Assembly (NCBI GenBank): GCA_964252035.1
Contig: OZ176206.1
From: Podarcis erhardii
Taxonomy: Eukaryota
Length of the DNA stretch: 64,000 nucleotides
Reading direction: 5' to 3' (one strand)
Part shown: piece by piece, positions 1-11,965 of the stretch
Layout of the letters: every line of letters starts with the position of its first letter
Numbering within the stretch: the stretch's first letter is position 1
Notes under the pieces: generated by a model
What the model saw: the letters and a program-made list of their open reading frames with translations, nothing else
What the model was told of the DNA's origin: nothing
Databases searched by the model: none
Made by a program: the position numbers and the translations under genes

Positions 1-3000
1 GCTGCTAAACCCAATGTGAAGAATTCCAGCTGTGGCAGTAATTAATAGCCAAAAAACGATATGGAAATTGACAGCCTCTGCTAGCACAAGACATTTTTGT
101 GCCTGAGTTAAAAAAATCCAAATGGCACCCTACCTACTTAACATTAGGATATCCTCCCTTAGAAAGGTTGCCTGTATAAGCCTTGTTGAAATGAGCAAGG
201 AGACAGTAGAATTCTTGTTGTGAATTCATATTAGCTTTTGTTCAGCAAAACATCTAAGTAGGTTGGACTGTATCCCTGCCCACCGCTGCCCTCAGTGATA
301 CCCAAAATCTGCTGCCCCACTTGGTCTAATGCTGGTTGCCACCTCTGTCTGAACTTACTGAAGCTGAAATTCCTTCATTTGCCCTGTTAAGTATTTCATG
401 ACAAGCGTATTTTAGCAAAAAGACATCAGGCCTCTGTCCAAGTTGTATAATAAGAAAATAACATGTGTGTGTGTGTGTTGTTGTTGTTGTTTTTTGGTAA
501 GCAAGCTGTTATCCTTCATCCAAGGACCAGCTTGCATAATCATTCTTTAATGGCTCAGTGCCTCTGACCTGCGTTCAAAAATGTATTGTGTTCCTTGTCA
601 AACCTCCATGCTACAGAATCAGGACTGTAGGAAAAGTTTTCAGACCGGATACATCTACGTTACTGCTGCTGTTTCAAGAAAGAATGTAAAGCACAAAGCC
701 AATGCCTTATAGATAGGTGAAGCCATATTTGGTCTGGGGGGGGGGGGAAATGAGATATTACTACAGCTATAGCTAAAGTTGAACAAAAGTTGTACAAGAG
801 CCCACTGGATCAGACTATGTGGAGGATGCTTAGTAAGGGTTTCTGTGGGATCTGCCAAAAATGTTCTTAAGAAGCTCTCTGTATGAAGGTAACTCTTTCT
901 GTTTCAGCATGTTAGTTAGTTCTCACAGGATTATGGGACATGTTTTTGATTGTTCATGTGGATTGTGGCCTCATCAGTACCTTTACTGCTTCTGAATGCT
1001 GATTTAATATGCCAGGTGTTGTATAAAGTGCCTAAGTGACAATTATTCCTGCTCGGAGGCTTCTAATCTACAATAGATTATCATGATGGGGACTAGTCAG
1101 GTATTGGAACAAAATTGAGTTGGGGAGTGTCGTGGCAATGGAGAAGCTTGGATGGTTCAGGAAAGGCTTTGTTAAGGTTATGTGAGATATGGAAAGGACA
1201 CTGAGTGTGGAAAGGACAAGAAGCTTCAGAAGGCATTCAGATTTGGTGGAAACCCAGCTATGTGGGTCTGTCAGATGGGTTTTGGGTAGTGAGTGCTTTC
1301 TGCCAACATTGGCTCTCATGGTTCTAAACCACTTGCTACAGCTACGTAATGGCTTTTTGCACCATATTTCTGTTGGTTAAGCTTCAGCTAAGCTTGGTGT
1401 AGACAACTGCTGGCCTGGCTCCCAATGTGGTGCTTGAAACTTGTGTTAAAGGTCCTTCATTTGTAACCCCCTCTATTAATAAACGTATATTTAGCTTTAA
1501 GTGTAAATGTTATGATCATATACAATGTCGGCACCATAATTTTATTTTTAGAAGATAGCTCTTTGCCTGTTTGCTTTTTTATATTGAATTACTCTGACTT
1601 TCACCGATCATTCAATAACTTTTTAAGGCTTGGAACAATGCATCTGTTGTACTAATTATAGTTGGAATTGTTTTTTTTTCTGAACACTGTTGTGACAGCT
1701 AGTAATTTGTTGAATGGACAGAAAATCACTGTTGGAGGCACTACAGATGGTGGGTCTCCTCAAAGAGGGGGATAACTAACTTCTCCCTGTAACTGTGGGA
1801 AGCATCAGACAAATTTCTTTCTTTCAATGCTTTCATAACCCAGCCTTCTTCATCAGTACAGTACCAGGGTGGGGTTCGACATAAAGTAGTGATTACAAAA
1901 AAGTTAGTGAAACCAACAAAACATTGTTAGAAACAATGGCAAACGAAATAACTGCAAACTGCTTAACAGCAAAGACTAAAACAACCAGTCATTGAACACC
2001 TAAAAAGCCTAAGAGAACAGATATGTCTTTACTTGTTGCCAAAAATGATGTGGTGTCAGCACTGAATGTACTTATAGAGGAAGGGCGCTCCACAAATAGA
2101 GTGCTACCTTGTAGGATGCTCCACCACCCCGGGCAACTTTATATTAACAGTGTGATGTGAAGAAGAGCCGCTGTGCAAGTAAACAGGGTGTGTTTTATAC
2201 ATAAGAGGATGCACTGGGATAGTTTGCATGCCACGCTAAGCCAAACCATGGCTGGGCATGAATGCATTAATGTGTGACTACTTGGAGGAAAACTAGTGCT
2301 CCCTCTCTGGTGCTCCACTCCCTCTCCTGGTCCTCCTGCACTACCTTAAGCTAAGCCAGAGGTTGGCTATGCATTATGTCTGGATTCTGACCCACCCCCT
2401 GGGTGCATGGGTCGGGGTTATGAGTTGTCTCACTGCAAGCAAAGCAGAAGCAGTAAGCCAAGGACAACTTTGGCTGCAGCTCATGGTTTCTGTGGAGTGA
2501 GCCTGGTTTCTCTGGAGCCTGGGTTGGGATGTAATGCTAAGGCAAACATGACTTAGCTCCTGGTAGTGTGGCTAGCAAGAGGATCGGGGGAAAGGAAGTG
2601 GCTACCAGTTTACCTCTTGAGCACCTGCATGCTTGCACATTCATGTGTAGTGGTGGTTTGGTTCAGTATTAGTTAAGAATTGGGCCACTCTAATTCACTG
2701 ACAGAGTACATCACTGAAATTCTTATAACAAACTTGACATGTTTACTAAAACATTAGCAGTGTAGTCAGAAGAATTCACATTCATTTCAGTGGGGCTTAC
2801 TTCCAGGCAAACTGGTACAGGATCAAAGCTTAAATTTATTAATCATTTATTAGCCTTTTTTCTAAATCCTCATGTCAGTAACAAATTTTATTAAAAAGAT
2901 TCATAGCTGTTTACCCTAATTTTGCTGTTAGAACAAAATACATATGTAGAAGTAACTGATTAGTGAATTTGTAATTAAGTTCTGACGTCCCCGATTTTAA

Positions 3001-4184
3001 TATAATTGAAAAATAGTAATGCCATCTTGCCTGCTAAAAGAGATCCATGTTGCTTGAAGCTTGATACCTCCACATTTATAAACTTTGAACCTGTGAACCA
3101 GATTGCCTTGCCTGCTGTGTATTCTGTTTTGGGGAGCTAACAACTGTGTTACCAAACAACTCATGAGGCATGATTCTTACACTACCTTTGGTGAAGAATA
3201 TTCAGTGTGGTAGTAGCACATATTTTATAGTGATCAAGTGTAAAACAACAACAACACTCATTTGTTTGGGTAAAAAAATGTATGTATTGCCAGAGATGGT
3301 ACTCTGGGTTTCCCAAACATGGGTCTCCAGTTGTTTTTGTTTCTTATCATTTGTTTTATTGGTTAAAGGAAGTAATAGCTCATTATAATAATTAGGTGGT
3401 CACAAATTGCGACTTGCATTTCTGCAAACTTGGTCCAATAAAATAATTTTGTGTTGATTTAGTTCAGCTTTCCCCAACCTGCTACCTTCTAGATATTTTA
3501 GACTACAGTGCCTAGCACTCCATCACCATACAGCTATGCTTGCTGGCAAAAACTGATGGGAGGGCACCTGGTTGGGGAAGATGGATTTAGTTGTGGAGTG
3601 AAGGCTATTCTTGAAAACCATTTTCTAGTGTGCCAGCAAGTTCACTTACAGTTATGTTGGCCTTGCAGCTGTGAAATAGCACTTCATTTTGACACTGCAC
3701 CTTGAACATGGGGGGACAGAAGTGTTATGCCTGCTGTTAGGATTAATATAGTTGGTCAGCTAATTGCCAGGATTGTGGCAAGGCTCACATTTATCTTGCA
3801 CAGCAGATTGCTTTATTAGAACCATAACAAAATCAATAATGAAATCTGATTTTTGTTTTGTTCTTTTAAATGTTTCTAATAGGCACTTGCAAATCCGGAG
3901 TCTCTTGAACTTGCTTGAATGTTAGGTTTTGCCCTGCCCTGCTTTAAATTTTTCTCCTTTTTCTCAATTTTCTTAGCAGTTTCTCATATCTGTTCATACA
4001 TGTGGTAAGAGGTGCCATTAACCTGTGTGTGGGATTCAAAAGTTGTTCATAATCCTTTTGTTCCAAACACAGTGATTGCATTAACAATGTCCGCATTCAA
4101 CTTGGAGCATTCTTATCCAATCCATAGTTGTAGCAAGCAGTTCTTTCCTAGAACTTCCTGCTATAGTAATTATGAGTAGGCTTA

Positions 4185-4549
4185 GGTAAAGGTAAAGGTA
4201 CCCCTGACCATTAAGTCCAGTCATGGACGACTCTGGGGTTGCGGCGCTCATCTCGCTTTCCTGCCGAGGGAGCCCGCGTTTGTCCGCAGACAGCTTCCGG
4301 GTCATGTGGCCAGCATGACTAAGCCACTTCTAGCGAACCAGAGCAGCACACGGAAATGCTGTTTACCTTCCCGCCAGAGCGGTACCTATTTATCTACTTG
4401 CACTTTTGACGTGCTTTCAAACTGCTAGGTTGGCAGGAGCAGGGACTGAGCAACAGGAGCTCACCCCGTCACAGGGATTTGAACTGCCGACCTTCTGATC
4501 GGCAAGCCCTAGGCTCTGTGGTTTAGACCACAGCACCACCCGCTTCCCA
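4185..4549 (-). mobile_element. Sauria SINE, full length
   Basis: tRNA-like head with A/B boxes and (ACCTTT)n tail, seen as ggtaaaggtaaaggta; 14-bp TSD tatgagtaggctta at 4171-4184 and 4550-4563. Confidence 0.92.
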
Positions 4550-4709
4550 TATGAGTAGGCTTAAGTGCAAATAACTGAAGCAAATTGCCCCCTGAGTGAG
4601 TGCCCCAGGTGAGAGATGGAGTGGTTTCTGACTGGAATGGTTGGATTGATCTCTTTTATTTATTTCTCTACATTCTACTATTATGATTAGAGGTGGGTTA
4701 ACAGCAGTA

Positions 4710-4924
4710 CAGTGGCACCTCAGGTTACAGACACTTCAGGTTACAGACTCCGCAAACCCAGAAATAGTACCTCGGGTTAAGAACTTTGCTCCAGGATGAG
4801 AACAGAAATCACGCAGCGGCAGCAGGAGGTCCCATTGGCTAAAGTGGTGCTTCAGGTTAAGAACAGTTTGAGGTTAAGAATGGACCTCCGGAACGAATTA
4901 AGTTCTTAACCAGAGGTACCACTG
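4710..4924. mobile_element. Tc1/mariner (Tigger/pogo-like) MITE
   Basis: TA-flanked TIRs CAGTGGCACCTC ... GAGGTACCACTG. Confidence 0.85.
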
Positions 4925-6303
4925 TATGTGTCTGGGTCAGAGACGGAGGAGGGGAATGAGGTTTGAAGCTGGGCAAAGTTATGCAGAGACAACGAGGAGG
5001 GCTAGTTATATCACAGCCCTTGCTCTCTGTCTGCCGTATTTCAGAATCTAAGGATACTGGTTAGCCAACCCCACCCTCCTGGTCTGATGGTGTTGCTATT
5101 AAATGTCAGGTCTGATTTGATTATGGGTGAAGGGGGTGGCTTGGTGTGCGTAACAGAGACTTAGGTAGGTGAGCTGGGCGGCCATATGGTCACCTGGTAC
5201 AACACCACTCTGGGGCGGGGGGGGGGAGTTATAATTGTCCATAAAATGCTATCTCCCTTGCTAGGAAATTGCTCCGATTTGGACATTGCCTTCTCCTTCC
5301 TCAGTTGACTCCATTGTGTTAAATTATACATTGTATGCCTCTTGGGGTAGAGACCCATCCTGAAATACTTTGGAAAGCACCATTCTTTGTGAATGTGCCA
5401 TGCAGTACAAACAAACTAAGTGGTTATTATCAATGGTATGATTTATATCTGGAGTAGGGCATATTTATCTCATGCTCCGTGGAATGTGCTGTTTTTTGGC
5501 TTTGCATTATCTCTCTTGATGAGATCAAACCTTTTATCTTGGCAACAGAGCCAGCTATCTCATCTTTGCCTGCAGCATGAAACAGATGACCTTGTTTGCT
5601 GTAAAAATGTCCACTCTTCTGGTTCCGTTTAGCTCTGTAGACTCTGGTCATGCACAGGAGCTGAGCAGGACTGCACTCCCACAGTCACAGGGAAGTGGAG
5701 CTATGGTACAGCACATGATTGGAGCCTAGAAGACCAGCTTTTTGTGTGATTTGAGACTCTGCATGGGAAGTCTTTAAGCTTTAATACTCAAAGTACCCTG
5801 CAATTCACTACCTGAAATATACTCCCCTGGGTGCCATTCCTCCTTCAGAGTTATCAGAGTTAGTCTGGAATATCCACAAATAAGACATAACCTGTAATGG
5901 ATTCTCTCAAAACATTCTGATTCTCTTTTCCCTCTCCTTTTGTACTAGTGCATGAAGTTCAGCATTACCCTGAAGCTAAAACTTGACATGTGGTTGCAAA
6001 TGAAGAATTCCCAATCCAGTGTTTTGTTTTTAAGGTGCAACAAAGGGACCATTGGTGAGGCAGGTTTGCAGGGAAGGGCAGGAAGGAGGACGCCCTTCCC
6101 CTGCGCTGCCCTTTCCTCTAGTCAACCTGAAAGCCCAACCTTGCAGATTTGAGTTAAACAGCCACTGACTGCCATTTCTCCCCCAGAAAAGCACCCTGCC
6201 CCCTCCTTTTTATTTCTGTTTGCTACTGAATGTCCAGTGGAGCCCTGAAGCCTGCTTCACAAATATTTAAGATGTGCACATAGAAAAGAACATGTGATTA
6301 TGT

Positions 6304-6551
6304 CATGGGTAGGCAAACTAAGGCCCGGGGCCTGGATCTGGCCCAATCGCCTTCTAAATCCGGCCTGCAGACAGTCCGGGAATCAGCGTGTTTTTACATG
6401 AGTAGAATGTGTCCTTTTATTTAAAATGCATCTCTGGGTTATTTGTGGAGCATAGGAATTCATTCATCTCCCCCCAAAATATAGTCTGGCCCCCCACAAG
6501 GTCTGATGGACAGTGGACCGGCCCCCTGCTGAAAAAGTTTGCTGATCCCTG
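6304..6551 (-). mobile_element. hAT MITE, same family as 25008-25340 and 35011-35322, reverse orientation
   Basis: Termini CATGGGTAGGCAAACT ... AAGTTTGCTGATCCCTG; internal sequence is the reverse complement of the other two copies; no clean TSD. Confidence 0.85.
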
Positions 6552-6949
6552 GTATGTGATGAGCACATAGCTGGGAAACCCAGCCAGATGGGCGGGATAT
6601 AAATAATAAAATTAATTATTATTGTCATATATACATAGCTCCTTGCCCTCATTCACTTAACAAGAAACCCAGAATTGCTAGTGCCTAATGTAAGGAGCAG
6701 TCCTGATAGACTTGTAAGATGTAGTCTGCTATTGACTGCTGGTGGGTATGTCCTTTCCAGCACGTTCTTGAGCAGTTCTTGAAGGGTTGCTATATCCCCA
6801 GGCATTCATGGTAACCCTTCTCCTCTCTGCTCTGTCCTGAAGCACTTGCTTCCTTTCTCCACCCTTCATCAAAGTAACTTCCCTTTCAGCTTGACCTCTG
6901 CACACAGAAATGACATGCCAGCAGTTTTGCTGTGTCACTCTATATTGCA

Positions 6950-7100
6950 ATGGGCATAAGCGGAGCTCTTCTGATTCAGGCCAGAACTCCCATCTTGTCT
7001 AGCATATTGCTTCTTACAGGGATCATTCATAGCCATTGAGAAAGCCCACAAGCAGGGCTTTATTTGCTGCTCCCCAGCAACACAGAGGTGTCATTTAAGC
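6950..7100 (-). mobile_element. Degraded CR1 3' end
   Basis: Resembles squamate CR1 3'UTR (ggccagaactcccatcttgtctagcat...aagcccacaagcagg); boundaries approximate. Confidence 0.5.
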
Positions 7101-7119
7101 ATCTATTCTCCTATATCTC

Positions 7120-8560
7120 CTTTTTAAGAATATGTTTTTATTAACAGGTTTTTCTTGACTAACAAAGGTACAAAACACGTCTCTGTTTAATAATAGTTTA
7201 GTCCTTCATACAGGTCTGTTATGTGAGACATTATTGTTATAGGCAATATGGCGTAGCGGGAAAGTGAAGTGGTGAGAGAGAGGGGAGGAAATAGAGTGGG
7301 GGACACACAGTAAACTTTCATTCTTTGGCATAGTATATGAGCAGAGCTTTTGTGTCAGCATCACGTGGGTACGTATCTTATTTTTGCTGGTGAAGTGAGA
7401 GGCCAGAGGGCCCAGGACATGGCTGGTTGTATTTGATTGGTTGCAGTGTGCTGGGTTAAACCAGCCATATCAATTCACATGCTGTCAGGGGAGGTTGGTC
7501 TTTATCTTGTTGGCCTATATATGCAATAAAGAGGAACCACACCGGGTGAAAGCGTTCTTTGTTTTCCCCATGCTAATTTCAGTTTATTAGTTACCGGTAG
7601 CTTTTCGAGTATGACGGTTTCCCATACAGTTTGGTACCAGTGGTCCATGTTCACTCATGATAGGTCCCTCCAGTGTTTGGTTATGACACTCCTAACTTCT
7701 GAGAGTAAGTGGCTTATGAGTTATTTATCATGGGAGTGTGCATTGTTGTCTTGGAAGATATTTTGTAGAGCCGGTTCTGGAGTTGCAGATTTATTGTAAG
7801 ACTGCTATCCAAAAGGATTGAATTTGGGGGCAATTGCACCACATATGGAGGTATGTACCTATGGTGGTGCAGCTTCTCCAACACCTAGATGAAGATCCTG
7901 GGTGTATCATTGCCAGTTTCTGTGGTATTAGGTACCACCTGTAAATTAGTTTCAAAATGAGGTTCCCTCTTCTTGGCTGAGAGGGATTTGAAGGGCAATT
8001 TAGTCCACAGTTTTGACCACTGGGTTGAGTTTATTTTGTATATTGTGTCATGTTCCCATTGTAGTAAGGAGTGTAGTGTCCTGGAGTCGTGCTTTGTATA
8101 TTGCTGATACCGTCCCTTTGCTGTGTCCCTTTGTTGATAGTAGGAGTTTTTCAAAGTTAGTCAAGGGCCTAGTGGCAGTTGCCTTGTTGCTGGGTTGTTT
8201 AAGAAGGCATGTAGTTGTTGGGTTAGTCAGGGTATTTGGGTGTTCCCTACTTTGTCTTGTGTTCCTTGTATCAGCGTGGGGTTGCCATTTTGTAGGTGGT
8301 GTAGACCTTTGGCTTGCCAAAGCTTTATTTGAAAGCTTTGGGATGCATGGTAGAACAGTGGGTGGTAAACTGGGGGATTAGAGGGGGACAGGGCTGGGAC
8401 AGTATTCCTATTTTTTCCTTCCATGCTTTAAGCATGGTCTGTGTGAATCTGTTTTGTGTTGTGAGGGTTTAGAAATGAGTACATTGAGGTGAGGGTGTTT
8501 CTGATTATATCTAATTCTATGTGCACCCATTCTTTCGTTTCATCTTATAAAATGAATATT
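7120..8560 (-). mobile_element. Old L1-clade LINE, 3' part of ORF2 plus 3'UTR
   Basis: Minus strand translates KLIYRWYLIPQKLAMIHPGSSSRCWRSCTTIGTYLHMWCNCPQIQSFW (ORF2 Cys/His knuckle) and VITKHWRDLS; has frameshifts and stops; AATAAA near 7140; boundaries approximate. Confidence 0.8.
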
Positions 8561-9725
8561 GGGAATTCTCCATCCTCCTTCTGAGGTGGGGAAATGCAGG
8601 AATTTGGAATTTATTCTTGGCTTTCTATGTAAGAAGATAAATGAATGTAGTTTTTTTCTGCCACTTGCGGAGTTGGGTCTAATCACCTTTTAAAGGTGTC
8701 TTTAAAAGGAGGATAGAGCACCGGGCAGCGAAAGCACAAGAGGCAGCACCCTGCTTGCCCCACTGCTTCTGCAGCCAGAACACACACACACCTCGCCAGT
8801 GGGAGGGAGATGTTCCAGCGTATGGCATTGCAGCTCATCTTCTCTGCCCCAGGGCAGAGTACCCTGGCTTTTGCCAAGTACGCTGTGAGGGGGCATTGTG
8901 CTGGCAGTGAAAGTGAGGGCGGGGCGGGGCGGGGTAGGGAGAGACACATTCCCGTTTTACGAGATGTCCTGGTTATGGCATAAGCTTTCCTGTAGAACAA
9001 ACAACTTCATCAGTTGCATTTTTCATGAAAAGCTAGTATTGTAAATGACAGTTTCACAGATCACATTCCAAATTACTCATTTCTTGTATGACGAAGTAAT
9101 GTCTCCAGGCTATGAAGAATCTTATGAGCCTGTATAATTTATTGAACAGAAACAATGGGGTGTCTGGGCGAATTTCAGACATCCCTTTCCTGAGGGGCAA
9201 TTAGTTTAAGTGGAGGACTACAAGAACGGTCAGGAGACTTGCTCGAATCTCACAGTTGTGAGCTCACAGGCGGCATTTGACAGGCCATGCTTTTCAGCCT
9301 CAGCCCCTCCCCATCTATAATAGGGCATATAAATTTAACCTACATTACAAGGTTATTGTAAGGATTAAAGCAATATAATTCACATGAAACACTTTCGGGT
9401 GTGCAAAGTGCTATATAAATTGGAACAGATGTTTCCTTGTTCGATTAATACTTTTATATACTCAGAGGAGCTCCGGGTAGCAAACAACAAGGGATAAAGC
9501 AACAAAGCAATGAAAACATATTGAAGATATCTTTAAAACAATACTGCAGCTCTCTGTCATTGTTCCATTGATTAACATTTTCACCCTTTGTTCCATATAC
9601 CCTTCAATCCCTTTGATAAATGCTGTCCCAAAGTCCATAATTTCCATAATTCTCTTCATAAATACCCAAGGGACATTGTCGAACACCTTCTCAGCATCCA
9701 GAAATATTAAGATAGCTTCTTTTTC

Positions 9726-10295
9726 TTCTTTTTTTATAATAATTTTTATTGTTATACATTTTATAAAATTCCATCCAATTTTTCGTTTCAACCCGCCTAC
9801 AACAAATCTTAGTTATTTTTTGACTTCCTTCAGCGTCTCTGACAATCCTCCATGGTTATACCTTTAATACACATTCCCTTTTTTCGTATTGCCATTTTTC
9901 CTCCTTACTCCCATTATTTCTAATAAACAATACTTGTTTTCTTTTTTTTACAGTGCCTCTTTAAATCCCACTAGCGTTGTATTCACGCCACATATATTTT
10001 TCAGATAATCCACAAATTTCCCCCAGTCTTCGATGAACTTTTGATCTTTAGTATNNNNNNNNNNNNNNNNNNNNNNNNNNNNNNNNNNNNNNNNNNNNNN
10101 NNNNNNNNNNNNNNNNNNNNNNNNNNNNNNNNNNNNNNNNNNNNNNNNNNNNNNNNNNNNNNNNNNNNNNNNNNNNNNNNNNNNNNNNNNNNNNNNNNNN
10201 NNNNNNNNNNGGACGACCATCCCAGATAGAAGGAGTGTACTGTTCTTCGGTCAAGGGTATATGATAGCTGCGCTCCCCTGCTAGAACCTCCAAAC
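9726..10295 (-). mobile_element. Younger L1-clade insertion nested in an older L1, spanning the assembly gap
   Basis: 17-bp TSD aagatagcttctttttc at 9709-9725 and 10296-10312; poly(A)/AATAAA at the left end; ORF2 C-terminus KDQKFIEDWGKFVDYLKNICG...EAL* ending at 9948. Confidence 0.85.
10055..10210. other. Assembly gap (156 N)
   Basis: Run of n characters. Confidence 1.
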
Positions 10296-10914
10296 AAGAT
10301 AGCTTCTTTTTCATTCTTTTTTATGAAAACTTTCCATGAAAAATATAACAGTGGAATATTTCCACCCTGTATCACCCTGACGTTGTTTGTTTGTTTTTTA
10401 AAAAAACAAACCATACAACTTTAGTGAACAAATCCAGACATTCACTCTGCAGAAGAAATTAAAACATGCACCATCCATGGTCCAGTTTGGATTATTGTTT
10501 GAGCCTTCCTGAGCCACAGTTTATGAAATCATAAATAAACGTTGAAGCTGAGTTCTCCTTCCCTGGCTCATTTTCCTGGTTTATTAACTGATATTAAAAC
10601 ACAGCCCCCGTGTTCAGATGCAACATGTAATTCTGGCCTAATGCACAGATTTGTGGTGAAGCCAGTGCATAACAGCAAGAAGGGATGGGTTTGGAATTAC
10701 TACTGTCTATGCTAGGCCAGTGTGAAAGGAGTTGCTATTCAGGTTAGCTATACCACTGAAGAGCAGTAAACCTGTTCTTGATGGATAGTTCTGTGGAGTT
10801 GTTGTTCAGAAGAACCTGGCAAATGATTCCACAAAAGTTATTTGCCTACACAAAATGTTTACTTGCCCACTTGCCCACACAAATTTGTCTTAATGATAGT
10901 GGTCACCTTAGTTC

Positions 10915-11145
10915 AATTTAAAAGGGATTAGACAAATTCATGGAAGGTAAGACTATCAATAGCTACTGGTCATAATGGCTGTATCCCCCCGCCAGGACAA
11001 CCTTTGAATATCAGTTGCTGTGAAACAGCAGTGAGAGAAGGCTACTGTGCTTATGTCCTCCTTGTGGGCTTCCCATTGGAGTCCATTGGACCTGGCTGGC
11101 CACTGCAGAAATCAAAATGCTAGACAAGATGGGCCCCCAGTCTTT
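10915..11145 (+). mobile_element. CR1 3' fragment
   Basis: tttaaaagggattagacaaattcatggaagg...ctggctggccactg...gctagacaagatgggcc, a typical CR1 ORF2 end and 3'UTR. Confidence 0.7.
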
Positions 11146-11754
11146 TATGTTTAATTGATGTCTATAAGGGTGGAGGAAGGCATGAGGAAAGTTTTCCTAT
11201 CTGATCTTGTAGAAACACTTTGCCTGCCCTGGGTAAGGTCAGCGGAGTGGTTATCTACAAGCCCTGTTGTAAAAGACCAGGATGGAAATCCACATTTTAG
11301 AGCTGTGGGCTCTGGCATTGTGGCTTTTCATCTTAAGCCAAACCATTGAACATAGCTGCTGGAGGCATTGAAAAGGGACTGCTTAAGGCTATACAAACAC
11401 TGCGTCAAGTGTTAGAAGAAACCAGTGAAATTGGATGTCAGTACATGTGCATATGCGTAGAACACTGCTGCTTAGCCCAAAGAAGAAGAAAATGTTGGAA
11501 ATCAATAAATAAGGAAACAATTCCTGCATTACAGGGGGTTGAACTAGATGACCCTCAGGGTGCCTTCCAACTCTACAATTCTATATTTTAATAATGCACT
11601 TTCAAGTTAGGAAATATCACCTCTGTCTTTGCATACTGAAATGATGTATATGGTGGGGTCTTGTTTTAAGATTAATGAGAGGTGTTGGTGATTTATCAAA
11701 TGTCTTACCTGAGCATTGTGACCAGTATTTTTAATTATTAAGGAGAGAACTAGT

Positions 11755-11965
11755 AGTATTGTGTAGTGGTTAGGGTGTTGGACTTGGACTGGGGAGCCCT
11801 GACTTCAAATACTCCCTCAGCCTTAAAACTTGACTGGTCCAGAGATACTATCACTCAGCATCAGCTACCTTGTATGGCTGCTATGAGGATGAAATGGGGG
11901 GGGGGGGGCGGACCACATGTGCTACTTTGAGGTCCTTAGAGGAAAGGTAGGATATACAGGCAATG
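11755..11965 (+). mobile_element. Degraded tRNA-derived squamate SINE (Squam3/MIR-like)
   Basis: gtgtagtggttagggtgttggact...ttcaaat head, central gttgtgaggat-like core, gaggaaaggtaggatata tail. Confidence 0.55.

Larger units (their letters stand above)
9530..10385 (-). mobile_element. Old L1 RT-domain fragment, interrupted by a younger L1
   Basis: Removing 9726-10295 and one TSD copy joins ...KVFIKKNEKEAIL to IFLDAEKVFDNVPWVFMKRIMEIMDFG (L1 RT motif LDAEKAFD). Confidence 0.85.

Noticed and set aside
2150-2700. Loosely palindromic region with aaaccatgg-type motifs, similar to 46130-46380
   Set aside because: Probably an old squamate MITE, but too degraded to set termini or TSD.
9948-10414. 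ORFs containing X runs
   Set aside because: They read through the N gap; only the flanking L1 peptides are real.
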